A DNA stretch of 64,000 nucleotides. Source: Sumerlaeia bacterium (lineage in GTDB: Bacteria; Sumerlaeota; Sumerlaeia; SLMS01; JAHLLQ01). The notes beneath the pieces were generated by a model. The model was not told where the DNA came from. It worked only from the letters and a program-made list of their open reading frames with translations, and searched no databases. Each line of letters opens with the position of its first letter. Position 1 is the stretch's first letter. The stretch is taken from positions 176,893 to 240,892 of the forward strand of contig JAVJSW010000049.1 of assembly GCA_040219255.1 (NCBI GenBank). The letters are read 5' to 3'. A program made the translations under genes and the position numbers. Below, in pieces: positions 11,149 to 20,077 of this stretch.

Positions 11149-12912
11149 TCAAAACCGCCAGTCGCTCTCCTCTGGCACGTCCGCGCCCTGCGGCACGAAG
11201 AGGCCGAGTTGGGTGTTGCGGGATTGGAAGGGGCTGCCGGGCAATTCGACGTAGTGGCGCGCGACGGCGTCGGCGATCACCGGTACGCGGCCGGTCTGGC
11301 GCAGGTCGAGGAGCAGAAGAGGGATCTCGCGCCGGCGCAGCATGGCGGCGACTTCCTGCATTTTCAGCATGCCCTCGCCTTCCTCGCCGGTGCCCTTGGT
11401 GACGTAGAACTGCTCGTTCATCCACTTGATCTGCCAAAGGTAGTTCTCCGCCAGCTCGCCCGCCACCTTGCGATCCGTGGCCCAGGCGTAGAACGGCGGC
11501 GCCAGGATCGGATCGCCGGGCTGGGTGGTTTGATCGATCAGGCGCATCATCTGGCGCACGCCCGGTTCAGGCAGTTCGGACTGAAGGCCCTCCGTCGTCA
11601 GCCACAGGTTCGTGGCGAAGTTGTGGGGGATCTGGCCTTTGAGAGCCGTCTGCGTATTCTGGAACACGAGCCACCCCGTGAAAATCCCGAACGCGACCGC
11701 CAACACCAGGAACAGCGGCCGCAGAAAGCCGAGCGTCGCGCCGAAGCGGATGCTCTTCATGTCGGCCAGCAGATCGGGCCAGAAGGCGGGCGCGGGCTCG
11801 GCGGGTTCCGCTTTCTCGCGCCGGATCAGGCGCGCCAGCGTCCGCCGCCCCCGCACCAGCCCGTCCGCCGCGAAGAGCGCCACGGCGGGCTCGCCCAGCA
11901 CGAAGATGTAGTTCGCGGTGCCGCCCTTGGCCGTGAAGCCGATGGAGAGCCACATGCCCAGCGCGCTCCAGGCGGCGAATTCCCAGCGCCGGTAGCCGTC
12001 CGCGTTCGGGTCGTCGCCGAACTCCCGCAGGCGCTCGCGGGTGCCGAGGGCGAGGCTGAGCGCTGCGAGAAGCAGGAAGGGGGCTTCGAGGACGAGGACT
12101 TCGAAGCCTTGGCTGCGCCATTTCCCCCAGACGTATTCCGGCAGCGAACTGCCCGACGCCGCCAGGATTTCCGGGTTGGGAAAGCTGCCGACCTGATTCA
12201 GCACCACGTTGTCCAGGTACGGAAAGCCCGCCCACGCGTACGCCAACGCCGCCCCCAGCCCCCACACGCCGAGCGCCGCCGTGATGTACGGCACCGCCAG
12301 CCGGGGCCGCCGGCAGAGCAGGAACAGCGCGTTCACCAGGAAATACGGAACGCCCGTCATATTGCAGTGCATCGCCAGGGCGCTCGCCACCCCGGCCCAC
12401 ACCACCCACCGCGTCCTCAACGTCAGCAGGCCGCAGAAGGCCGCCATCAGGAACACGATCTCGATGTTTTCGCTCTGCAAGCACAACCCCCACCAGAACC
12501 CGATCGGCAGGAACAGGTACACGCCCGCCGCCATGATCGCACGCGCCATGCAGCCAAAGACCTGACGCGCCGCCACATAGATCAACGCCGCCTGGGCCAG
12601 CCGCACCAGCAGGCAATACAACCGCGCGCCGATCAACTGGCTGTCCGCGACCAGCACCCCCACCTTCTGGGCCAGCGCCGCGAGCGCCAGATGCAGCGGG
12701 GGCTGAGGCGCCAGAATATCCCGGTACGGCACCAGCCCGTCGTTCATCCGCGCCCCTACATACAGGTAATTCCCATCGCCGAAATCCCAATACGTCAAAT
12801 CCCACAGGGGAATGTTAACCAGGGCGTAGAGCAGAAACAGGGCGCCGAGGAGGGCGAGTTGGAGGGGGAGGGCGTGGGGGTTGAGGCCTCTTCGGATCAT
12901 ATCGTGGGGCAT
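11149..12912 (-). CDS. GT-C fold membrane glycosyltransferase (ArnT/GT39-like)
   Basis: DGNYLY.G..M..G.VPYRD...QPPL N-terminal motif; many TM helices. Confidence 0.75.
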   Translation of the reverse strand: MPHDMIRRGLNPHALPLQLALLGALFLLYALVNIPLWDLTYWDFGDGNYLYVGARMNDGLVPYRDILAPQPPLHLALAALAQKVGVLVADSQLIGARLYCLLVRLAQAALIYVAARQVFGCMARAIMAAGVYLFLPIGFWWGLCLQSENIEIVFLMAAFCGLLTLRTRWVVWAGVASALAMHCNMTGVPYFLVNALFLLCRRPRLAVPYITAALGVWGLGAALAYAWAGFPYLDNVVLNQVGSFPNPEILAASGSSLPEYVWGKWRSQGFEVLVLEAPFLLLAALSLALGTRERLREFGDDPNADGYRRWEFAAWSALGMWLSIGFTAKGGTANYIFVLGEPAVALFAADGLVRGRRTLARLIRREKAEPAEPAPAFWPDLLADMKSIRFGATLGFLRPLFLVLAVAFGIFTGWLVFQNTQTALKGQIPHNFATNLWLTTEGLQSELPEPGVRQMMRLIDQTTQPGDPILAPPFYAWATDRKVAGELAENYLWQIKWMNEQFYVTKGTGEEGEGMLKMQEVAAMLRRREIPLLLLDLRQTGRVPVIADAVARHYVELPGSPFQSRNTQLGLFVPQGADVPEESDWRF

Positions 12913-12916
12913 GGGC

Positions 12917-13360
12917 TCAAATCCCTCGTTCTGAGGGAAGCCTTTCTGGAGAAACGGGAGCCCCGTAGAGGCTCAGAATCTTGGCCAACTCGGTGTTTCG
13001 GACATGAAGTGCCAGGTCCAGCGGTGTTCGTCCAAAGCTTGATCGTTGTTCCAGCATGAGCTTGCTCCGTGAACAGAGCAGATGAACGACGTCCGACGCA
13101 CTTCCCATCACCGCGTGGTGCAGAGCGTTCCGGTCCGCGTTGTCTCCACAGAGGAGATCCGCTCCCTGATCGAGGAGATACTCGATGGTCAGAGGTTGCC
13201 GTTTTCTTGCGGCGCGCATCAGTGCGGTTTCTCCCGAATCGATGGGCGAATCGATCGCCATTCCTGCCGCCAGCGCGGCCCTGACCGCACCAATGTCGCC
13301 TTCACCAGCGGCTTCGACGAACTCCTTGATATCCGCAGCTTCTCGTTCGTACTTCGGCAT
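12917..13360 (-). CDS. Ankyrin repeat protein
   Basis: GETALMRAA, DRNALHHAV, GRTPLDLA. Confidence 0.9.
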   Translation of the reverse strand: MPKYEREAADIKEFVEAAGEGDIGAVRAALAAGMAIDSPIDSGETALMRAARKRQPLTIEYLLDQGADLLCGDNADRNALHHAVMGSASDVVHLLCSRSKLMLEQRSSFGRTPLDLALHVRNTELAKILSLYGAPVSPERLPSERGI

Positions 13361-13413
13361 GTCTCTTGCCCCGCCAACCGCCTCTCCGTGTCTCCGCTTC
13401 TCCGTGGTGATTC

Positions 13414-14391
13414 CTAAACCACCCCCGCCACGTCATCCACAATATCCTCGATCCCCCGCTGAGGCGCATAGCCAATCAACTCAGCGATCCGCGTCATGTC
13501 TGGTTTGCGGCGCTGCATGTCTTCGAAGTCCTCGTCGTAGGCTTCCTCGAAGGGAATCGTCTGGATTTCGGAGCGCGAGTCGGTGCGTGCGACGATCAGC
13601 CGCGCCAGGTCCATGATGGTGATTTCTTCCATGCCGCCGACGTTGAAGACGCGGCCCATGGCGCCGGGGGTTTCGAGGAGACCCGCCAGCGCCCCGACCG
13701 CGTCGGCCACGTGGCAGAAGGTGCGGCTTTGCGAGCCATCGCCGTACACCGTCAGCGGTTCGCCGGCTTTGGCCTGGGCCACAAAGCGCGGGATCACCAT
13801 GCCGTAGCGCCCCGTCTGGCGCGGGCCGACGGTGTTGAACAGCCGAGCCACCACGACCGGCAGTTTCTTCTCGCGCGCGTAGGCCAGCGCCAGGAATTCA
13901 TCGATCAGCTTCGAACACGCATAGGCCCACCGGGGCCGGCGCGACGCGCCCAGGACCACGTCGTCTTCCTCGGCGAAGGGCAGCTTGGGCGACTTGCCGT
14001 AGACCTCGCTGGTGCTCGCGATCAGGACCCGCTTGCCTTTGCGGGCGCAGGCCTGGAGCACGTTCTCCGTCCCGGCGATGTTGGTTTCGATGGTGTGGAC
14101 GGGACGTTCCACGATCAGCCGCACGCCGACCGCCGCGGCCAGGTGATAGACGGCGTCGGCGCGATCCACCGCCTCCGCCAGATCGCGGGGCTCGCGGACG
14201 GTGCCGAAGGTGAAGCGGAAGCGTTCGTTGCCTCGCAGGTGATCGATGTTCGTGATCGAACCGGTGGAAAGATCGTCCAGCACTTCGACCCGGCACCCGG
14301 CCTCGATCAGCAAATCCGCTAGGTGCGACCCGATGAAACCGGCGCCTCCGGTGATGAGAACGTTGTGCGGGGTGATCGGTGGGGATGGCAT
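13414..14391 (-). CDS. NAD-dependent nucleotide-sugar epimerase/dehydratase
   Basis: ITGGAGFIGSHL, STSEVYG, YACSK, RLFNTVGPRQ. Confidence 0.93.
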   Translation of the reverse strand: MPSPPITPHNVLITGGAGFIGSHLADLLIEAGCRVEVLDDLSTGSITNIDHLRGNERFRFTFGTVREPRDLAEAVDRADAVYHLAAAVGVRLIVERPVHTIETNIAGTENVLQACARKGKRVLIASTSEVYGKSPKLPFAEEDDVVLGASRRPRWAYACSKLIDEFLALAYAREKKLPVVVARLFNTVGPRQTGRYGMVIPRFVAQAKAGEPLTVYGDGSQSRTFCHVADAVGALAGLLETPGAMGRVFNVGGMEEITIMDLARLIVARTDSRSEIQTIPFEEAYDEDFEDMQRRKPDMTRIAELIGYAPQRGIEDIVDDVAGVV

Positions 14392-14576
14392 GGTGGCTCC
14401 GGGGCGAGGGAGGATGAAGGGCTGAAAGCCTTGGGGAGCGGAAGGGTTTGGGGCAAGGGGAAGGGTTGGGTCCGCCGAGTCGCGACAGGACCCGGCGGCG
14501 CCCTCGGCCTCGTCGAAGGGGTGTAGGAAACCGTGACGAAGCCTTCGGGGGCTCGATCGAATTCGCCGGGTCGAGC

Positions 14577-15641
14577 CTACAGCGTGACCCAAACGAGTGC
14601 CGCCAGGAGCGCGATCAACGTCAGCCAAATGCCAAGGGCCGTGCGGGTCATTCGCACGGCGGAGTCTTTCTCCCAATAGGAACGCGGCCCGATGCCCTTG
14701 ATCGCGAAGGTGCCTACCGCGGCCAGATTGACGGCGATCACGTTCACCGCCGTCAGCAGCGCGGCGTGGGCCGCTCCGGAAAAGTCGCCCGCGCCGAAGA
14801 GCAGGCCCGTCGTCACGAGCGGCGGCATCAGTGCGACGGCGACCATGACGCCGACAAGCGCCGCGGGGACTCCGGTGGTGACCGCGATGGCGCCGGCCAC
14901 TCCAGAGGCGAGGGCGAGGGCGATGTCCGTGTAACCGACCTCGGTGCGACTCAAGATTTCCGCCGTGGAAACGTCCAGACCCGGCACCAAGCCGAGGAGC
15001 ATGGCCAAGGTCAGCGCCAAGAACAATCCGATGGCGTTGGTGCGAAGGGCTCCGCGGATCAGCGACCACTTTCCCAGGGTGGTTCCCAGAGCCAGGGCCA
15101 TGTTCGGGCCCAGGAGGGGGGCGATCACCATGGCTCCGATGACAACGGCGGTGTTATTTCGGCTCAATCCCAGGGCGGCCACGATGGCGGAGAGAAGCAC
15201 GGTGATCATAAAGGTCCCGGTGGGGGCCGCGTCGCCCCGCAGTCTTTCCTCCAGTTCCTCGATGGCCACGCGGCTGCGCGTCCGGCTTTCCTGCTCCTGC
15301 TCCTCGTCGTTCGGCTCTTCCCGCCCGGTTTCTTCCGGTGCGCCGGTGGCGTCCTCCGCCGCCGGCTCGTCGTCCACCTCGGTCATTTCGGTGGGCCGGG
15401 GATAGGTCGCCATCGCCTCCGCCAGGACCAATCGAAAATGCTCCTCGCCCGCGAACAGCTCCATCAGGCCATGAACCACCGGGTCCACTTCGAAGGCGTC
15501 GAGCACCAGAATCGTCATCAGGCCCCAGCCCGGTTCGTCCACGCCGCACCAGAGAACCGGCAGTTTCTTACCTTCCAGAAACTCGTCCATTTCTTCTTTG
15601 CGCGAAATGGGAAGGTGGATCTGCAGTTGGCGAAGAGGCAT
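14577..15641 (-). CDS. TIGR00341/DUF389 family membrane protein
   Basis: AVVIGAMVIAPLLGP, EILSRT, LVGVMVAVALMPP. Confidence 0.9.
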   Translation of the reverse strand: MPLRQLQIHLPISRKEEMDEFLEGKKLPVLWCGVDEPGWGLMTILVLDAFEVDPVVHGLMELFAGEEHFRLVLAEAMATYPRPTEMTEVDDEPAAEDATGAPEETGREEPNDEEQEQESRTRSRVAIEELEERLRGDAAPTGTFMITVLLSAIVAALGLSRNNTAVVIGAMVIAPLLGPNMALALGTTLGKWSLIRGALRTNAIGLFLALTLAMLLGLVPGLDVSTAEILSRTEVGYTDIALALASGVAGAIAVTTGVPAALVGVMVAVALMPPLVTTGLLFGAGDFSGAAHAALLTAVNVIAVNLAAVGTFAIKGIGPRSYWEKDSAVRMTRTALGIWLTLIALLAALVWVTL

Positions 15642-15899
15642 GGCGGAGGCGTTCCGAGGGGGGAATTCGTGCAAGCCCGGCGAGGCTGTCATCGGCCGAG
15701 AAGAGCCGCCAAGAAGGACGGGGAGGTCAAAGACTATTCGCCCGTCCGGGGTGGCCTCGGCCGCGGCCAGAGAGTGTCACCCACAGGGCCATGCGCTGCG
15801 CAGCCGGAGCAGTGGACGGCACAGCGAATCCTGTGGCGCGCCTCTGGCTTACGGTCGGTTTCGGCGGAATGCCGATCGTTACTTCAAGAGGGACGCAGC

Positions 15900-16856
15900 A
15901 TGCTTCAGGATCAGGAAAAACGGGGAGTCTTGGCCATCGCGTTGATGGCGGCCTTTGCCGATGGCGCAAAGGATGAAGCCGAGCGTGAATCGGTGCGTTC
16001 GGTGGCCGAGTCGTTGGATGCCGCCGGGGGCGAGGGAGTCTCCGGCGTGCTGAGCGATGTGATGCTGCGGCGGATCGATGTGGAGGACGCCGCGAATTTG
16101 CTGCAAAACCCCGAGTCGCGGCAGCTCGCCTTTGAGGTGGCCGTGCAGGTCTGCGATGCGGACGGTTTGCGCAACGAGGCGGAGAACAGCTTCTTGGATC
16201 GCCTGAAGGTGGCGCTGTCGATCAGCGCGGCGGAAGCCGGCGAAGCCACCGCCGCACCCGATGCGCTGGCAACGGCGGCTCCGGATCAAGGCCTGCTTCC
16301 TCCCGCCTTGGCGGCGGTTCCTCAGGAGGCGGAGACGGCAAAGCTGGAAGCTATGATCCTGAACTATGCGATTCTGTGTGGTGCGCTGGAACTGCTTCCC
16401 CAATCGATCGCCGGAATGGCGGTCATTCCGATGCAGATCAAAATGGTGCATCGAATTGGCGCAGCGCACGGCATGACCCTGGGCACGGAGCAGATCAAGG
16501 ACTTCCTGGGTACGTTGGGGGTGGGGTTGACCTCGCAATACCTGGAGACCTTTGGGCGGAAGATGTTGGGAGGATTTCTGAAGCGCCAGGTGGGAAGTCT
16601 TGGCGGGAAGCTCGGAAAGGGTGCGACCAGCGTGGCGATGAGCTTCACGACCACTTATGCCCTGGGCCATGTGGCGTTGCAGTATTATGCGGGCGGCCGG
16701 CGGATGAATACGGAGACACTTCGCTCAGCGTTCCAGTCGGCGCTCGGCGAAGCGCGGTCGCTCCAGACCCAATACATGCCCGCAATCCAGCAGCAGGCGG
16801 CGGGTTTGGACATGGCGAGCGTCATGAACATGGTGCGGGGCCATCGGACTCCTTAG
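15900..16856 (+). CDS. TerB-like N-terminal domain plus DUF697/YcjF-like domain protein
   Basis: ALMAAFADG.KDEAER, VCDADG, GALELLPQS.A.MAVIPMQIKMV..IG. Confidence 0.7.
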   Translation: MLQDQEKRGVLAIALMAAFADGAKDEAERESVRSVAESLDAAGGEGVSGVLSDVMLRRIDVEDAANLLQNPESRQLAFEVAVQVCDADGLRNEAENSFLDRLKVALSISAAEAGEATAAPDALATAAPDQGLLPPALAAVPQEAETAKLEAMILNYAILCGALELLPQSIAGMAVIPMQIKMVHRIGAAHGMTLGTEQIKDFLGTLGVGLTSQYLETFGRKMLGGFLKRQVGSLGGKLGKGATSVAMSFTTTYALGHVALQYYAGGRRMNTETLRSAFQSALGEARSLQTQYMPAIQQQAAGLDMASVMNMVRGHRTP

Positions 16857-17035
16857 CGCGGGCTGACTGCTTCGTTGCCCGCGATTCTCTAACTGGCGCT
16901 GGCTTCCGAGGCTGCGCGGCAGCAAGTCGAGTTCTTACCCTCATGGTTGACGCGCGGCGCGCGGCGTCATGAGATGGCGCATCGAATTCGCCATGAGGGG
17001 TCTGGAACGATGACCTTCGAAGTGCAGGTGCCAAC

Positions 17036-18130
17036 GTGAGCCAGAAAACGCCAGAGCAAACCACGGCGGAAGACTTGACCACCCAGGACCCGGGCCAATT
17101 CACCCCGGCGTTGCTCACCGACCTGCGCGGGCTGATCGCGGAAACCCGCGAACGGGTTGCCGCCGCGGTCAACGCGGGGATGACACTGCTGTATTGGCGC
17201 ATAGGCGAACGGATTCAGCGGGAAATCCTGAAGGGAGAGCGCGCGGAGTACGGGAAGGAGATTGTCGCAGCAGTGGCGCGACAATTGACGGAGGAGTTCG
17301 GGAGCAGCTTTTCCGCCAAGCATCTGCGGCGAATGGTCCAGTTCGCCGAGGTCTTCCCCGACCCAGAGATTGTCGCACCACTGGCGCGACAATTGTCCTG
17401 GTCTCATTTCACGATACTTATCCCCATCGACGAGCCCATCAAGCGGGACTTCTACGCGGAAATGTGCCGGGTGGAACGCTGGAGCCGCCGCACACTCCGC
17501 GCCAAAATCGACTCCATGCTTTTCGAACGCACCGCCATCTCGCGCAAGCCGGATCAGGTCGCTAAGGCGGAGCTGGAAGCCCTGCGCCTGGAAGACCGCC
17601 TGTCGCCCAGCATGGTCTTCAAAGACCCTTACGTTCTCGACTTCCTCGGGCTTCAGGACCGCTATCTGGAGAAGGATCTGGAAGACGCGATCCTTCGCGA
17701 GATCGAGCGTTTCCTCCTGGAGCTTGGCGAGGGATTCGCCTTTGTCGCCCGCCAGAAACGCCTCGTGATCGACGGCGAGGATTTCACCCTCGACCTGCTA
17801 TTTTATCATCGCCGACTGCGCCGGCTCATCGCCATCGAACTCAAGCTCGGCCGCTTCAAAGCGGGATACAAGAGCCAGATGGAGCTTTATCTGCGGTGGC
17901 TGGAGAAACACGAAACCCAGCCCGGCGAAGAATCGCCCCTGGGCATCATCCTCTGCGCCGAGACGGGCCACGAGCAGCTCGAACTCCTACAGCTCGATCA
18001 GGCCGGAATCCACGTCGCCCAGTACCTGACCGGGCTGCCTCCCAAGGAAGTACTGCTACGGCGCCTTCGAATCGCCATCGAAGAGTCGCGCGAACGGTTC
18101 GGCGCGGGCGGGGGTGGGGAGGCCGAGTAG
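17036..18130 (+). CDS. YhcG/DUF1016 PD-(D/E)XK nuclease family protein
   Basis: LYWRIG..I, RAEYG, LSWSHF, FKDPYVLDFL, ELGEGFAFVARQKR, DLLFYH..L..LIAIELK. Confidence 0.95.
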   Translation: MSQKTPEQTTAEDLTTQDPGQFTPALLTDLRGLIAETRERVAAAVNAGMTLLYWRIGERIQREILKGERAEYGKEIVAAVARQLTEEFGSSFSAKHLRRMVQFAEVFPDPEIVAPLARQLSWSHFTILIPIDEPIKRDFYAEMCRVERWSRRTLRAKIDSMLFERTAISRKPDQVAKAELEALRLEDRLSPSMVFKDPYVLDFLGLQDRYLEKDLEDAILREIERFLLELGEGFAFVARQKRLVIDGEDFTLDLLFYHRRLRRLIAIELKLGRFKAGYKSQMELYLRWLEKHETQPGEESPLGIILCAETGHEQLELLQLDQAGIHVAQYLTGLPPKEVLLRRLRIAIEESRERFGAGGGGEAE

Positions 18131-18151
18131 GCGGCGCGAAGGCACCGATTC

Positions 18152-18850
18152 ATGATCGTCTTCAAGTTTCTGCTGATCTGCGCGATGGCCGCCTGGGCCG
18201 CATGGGAGGTCGATGGCTGGGTTGCGCGATTGCTGCTTTGCTGGTCGGCGTTCGCGTTTTTCTGGCTGGCGCTGGCCTATGCGGCGCGGCGGCCCGGGTG
18301 GCTTTTCAAAGATCCGGCCTCGGGGCGGTTGCGATGGCCGAGTTGGTTGTTGCTCGGGCCGTACCACACGCTCAACTTCGTGCTGATGGAGACGGTCGTG
18401 CGGTTTTCGCGCGAGAACCCCTGCGACGAGATCGTGCCGGGGCTTTGGCTGGGGCGGCGGCTGGTGGCGCGGGACCGGGCGATGGCTTGCGAGCGCGATT
18501 GGGCGGCGGTGCTGGATTGCACGGCGGAATTCCGCGAGCCGGATTTTCTCCACCCTGGCGACGGCTTACGCTACTTGAACCTGCGTATTCTGGACACCGG
18601 CGCCCCCACCGCCGGGGACATCGAGGCGGCGGTGCGGTTTCTCTGCGAGCGCCAGCAGAGCGGTCCGCTCTATGTCCACTGCGCCGCCGGCCACGGCCGC
18701 AGCGCCACGCTGGTGGCGGCGTACCTGATGCGGCGTGGGCTGGCGGCGACGATGGAGGACGCCGAAGCCCTGATCCGCGAGAAACGCCCCGGGGCGCGGC
18801 TGCACGGGAATCAGCGGCGGGCCTTGCGGGCGTGGGCGGGCGGTGGCTGA
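18152..18850 (+). CDS. Membrane-anchored dual-specificity protein phosphatase
   Basis: VHCAAGHGRSAT (HCx5R) plus N-terminal TM helices. Confidence 0.9.
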   Translation: MIVFKFLLICAMAAWAAWEVDGWVARLLLCWSAFAFFWLALAYAARRPGWLFKDPASGRLRWPSWLLLGPYHTLNFVLMETVVRFSRENPCDEIVPGLWLGRRLVARDRAMACERDWAAVLDCTAEFREPDFLHPGDGLRYLNLRILDTGAPTAGDIEAAVRFLCERQQSGPLYVHCAAGHGRSATLVAAYLMRRGLAATMEDAEALIREKRPGARLHGNQRRALRAWAGGG

Positions 18851-18855
18851 GGCTC

Positions 18856-20019
18856 TCAGCTCAAACGCCGCCGCCTAAGCACCGCCGCCGCCCCACCGCC
18901 CAAGACTCCCAGCGCGGCCAACGCCGCGATCCAGATGGGGAAGCGCCTTGGCCTGCCGGGCTCCGGCGAAGGACCCGCAGTTCGCGCGGTGCGCGGTGAT
19001 ACCTGCCTGTTTGCCGGAGGCTCCGCGGCTTGTTCGACGGCCCCAGCCGCCGCGTCCTCAGGCGCCGGGCGCGGGGCAAGCTCACCCGCCAGCGCAGCGA
19101 TTTTCTCCAGATCTTCCCGCCGGGGCGAATCGAGGCGGTGTTGCGACACCGTGCCATCCGGAGCGGACCGGTGGTGCGTGATGACCGTTCCCGGCAGAGG
19201 CTCCGGTGCCTGCGCCCAATGCGCGGCGAAGTCTGGGTTCACGATAACCCGCTCGAAACGATGGATGATCGTTTGGTTCTCCCCCTCGTCATAGTGGGTG
19301 ACCGTGCTTCGCTGCGGAACCAGGAGAACCGGCTCCCCCTCCGACGGGAAAAATTCGGCGTTCTGGATCGTCTTGAACAGTTTGCCCTGGCGGTAGAACT
19401 CGATCCGGCCAAAAGGTCCGTCCTTTCCATCGAGCGGATAAACCCGGCAGGACGCGACGGGCTCGAGCGAGCCCAAGTCATGGACCACGATATCGTGATA
19501 GGTTTCCCCGCCCGGCGCGGTCTCGAAGGCGGGAGGAGAGCCCCCCAAATTCTCGCCCGATTCCTGAGCCATCTTCTGAAGCCAAGGCATAATGCCATAA
19601 CCGGTCAATTCGTAGAAGCTTGTGCTTTCAAATTGTGAGTCTTCATAATAATCGAGTTGGTTTGCACCCCCGCCCAAATGGAAGATCGCGTCTTGCCCGG
19701 AGGAGAGGAAGAAGTAGCTCAATTGTGCATCGTGCTGAGACACATCTGCCAAGGAGACGGTTTGGCTTGGGTCTACTTCCAAGATGGATGCTAGGGACTC
19801 AGGATAAGAGAGGACAGTTGCCCACTCCATCGTATGCAGCGCCATGTTTTTCTCGGTGTAAGACTCGCCGGAGGGATTGGACACCTCCACGCGAGAGATA
19901 GCGAAGACGGCGGGGGCGCGGCCGATGCCCTGACCAAAGGAGAGAGCGGCGGGGGCCAGCAGTGCCAAGCACACCAGCGCTCCATGGCATGCTGTGGAGT
20001 TGCCCAAGCATCTCTTCAT
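18856..20019 (-). CDS. Hypothetical exported protein with C-terminal TM anchor
   Basis: Signal-like N-terminus; Pro/Ala linker; C-terminal hydrophobic helix followed by RRRR. Confidence 0.55.
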   Translation of the reverse strand: MKRCLGNSTACHGALVCLALLAPAALSFGQGIGRAPAVFAISRVEVSNPSGESYTEKNMALHTMEWATVLSYPESLASILEVDPSQTVSLADVSQHDAQLSYFFLSSGQDAIFHLGGGANQLDYYEDSQFESTSFYELTGYGIMPWLQKMAQESGENLGGSPPAFETAPGGETYHDIVVHDLGSLEPVASCRVYPLDGKDGPFGRIEFYRQGKLFKTIQNAEFFPSEGEPVLLVPQRSTVTHYDEGENQTIIHRFERVIVNPDFAAHWAQAPEPLPGTVITHHRSAPDGTVSQHRLDSPRREDLEKIAALAGELAPRPAPEDAAAGAVEQAAEPPANRQVSPRTARTAGPSPEPGRPRRFPIWIAALAALGVLGGGAAAVLRRRRLS

Positions 20020-20077
20020 CGCAAGTCTGGTCCTGAGCGGCGGTTAGTCGAAGACTAAGAAGTTCTGCGGCCTTCCC

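Noticed and set aside
14448-15899. N-terminal 480 aa of the 802-aa ORF 14448-16856 and the extension of 13414-15069
   Set aside because: Both overlap the TIGR00341 gene; the plausible starts are 15900 and 14391.
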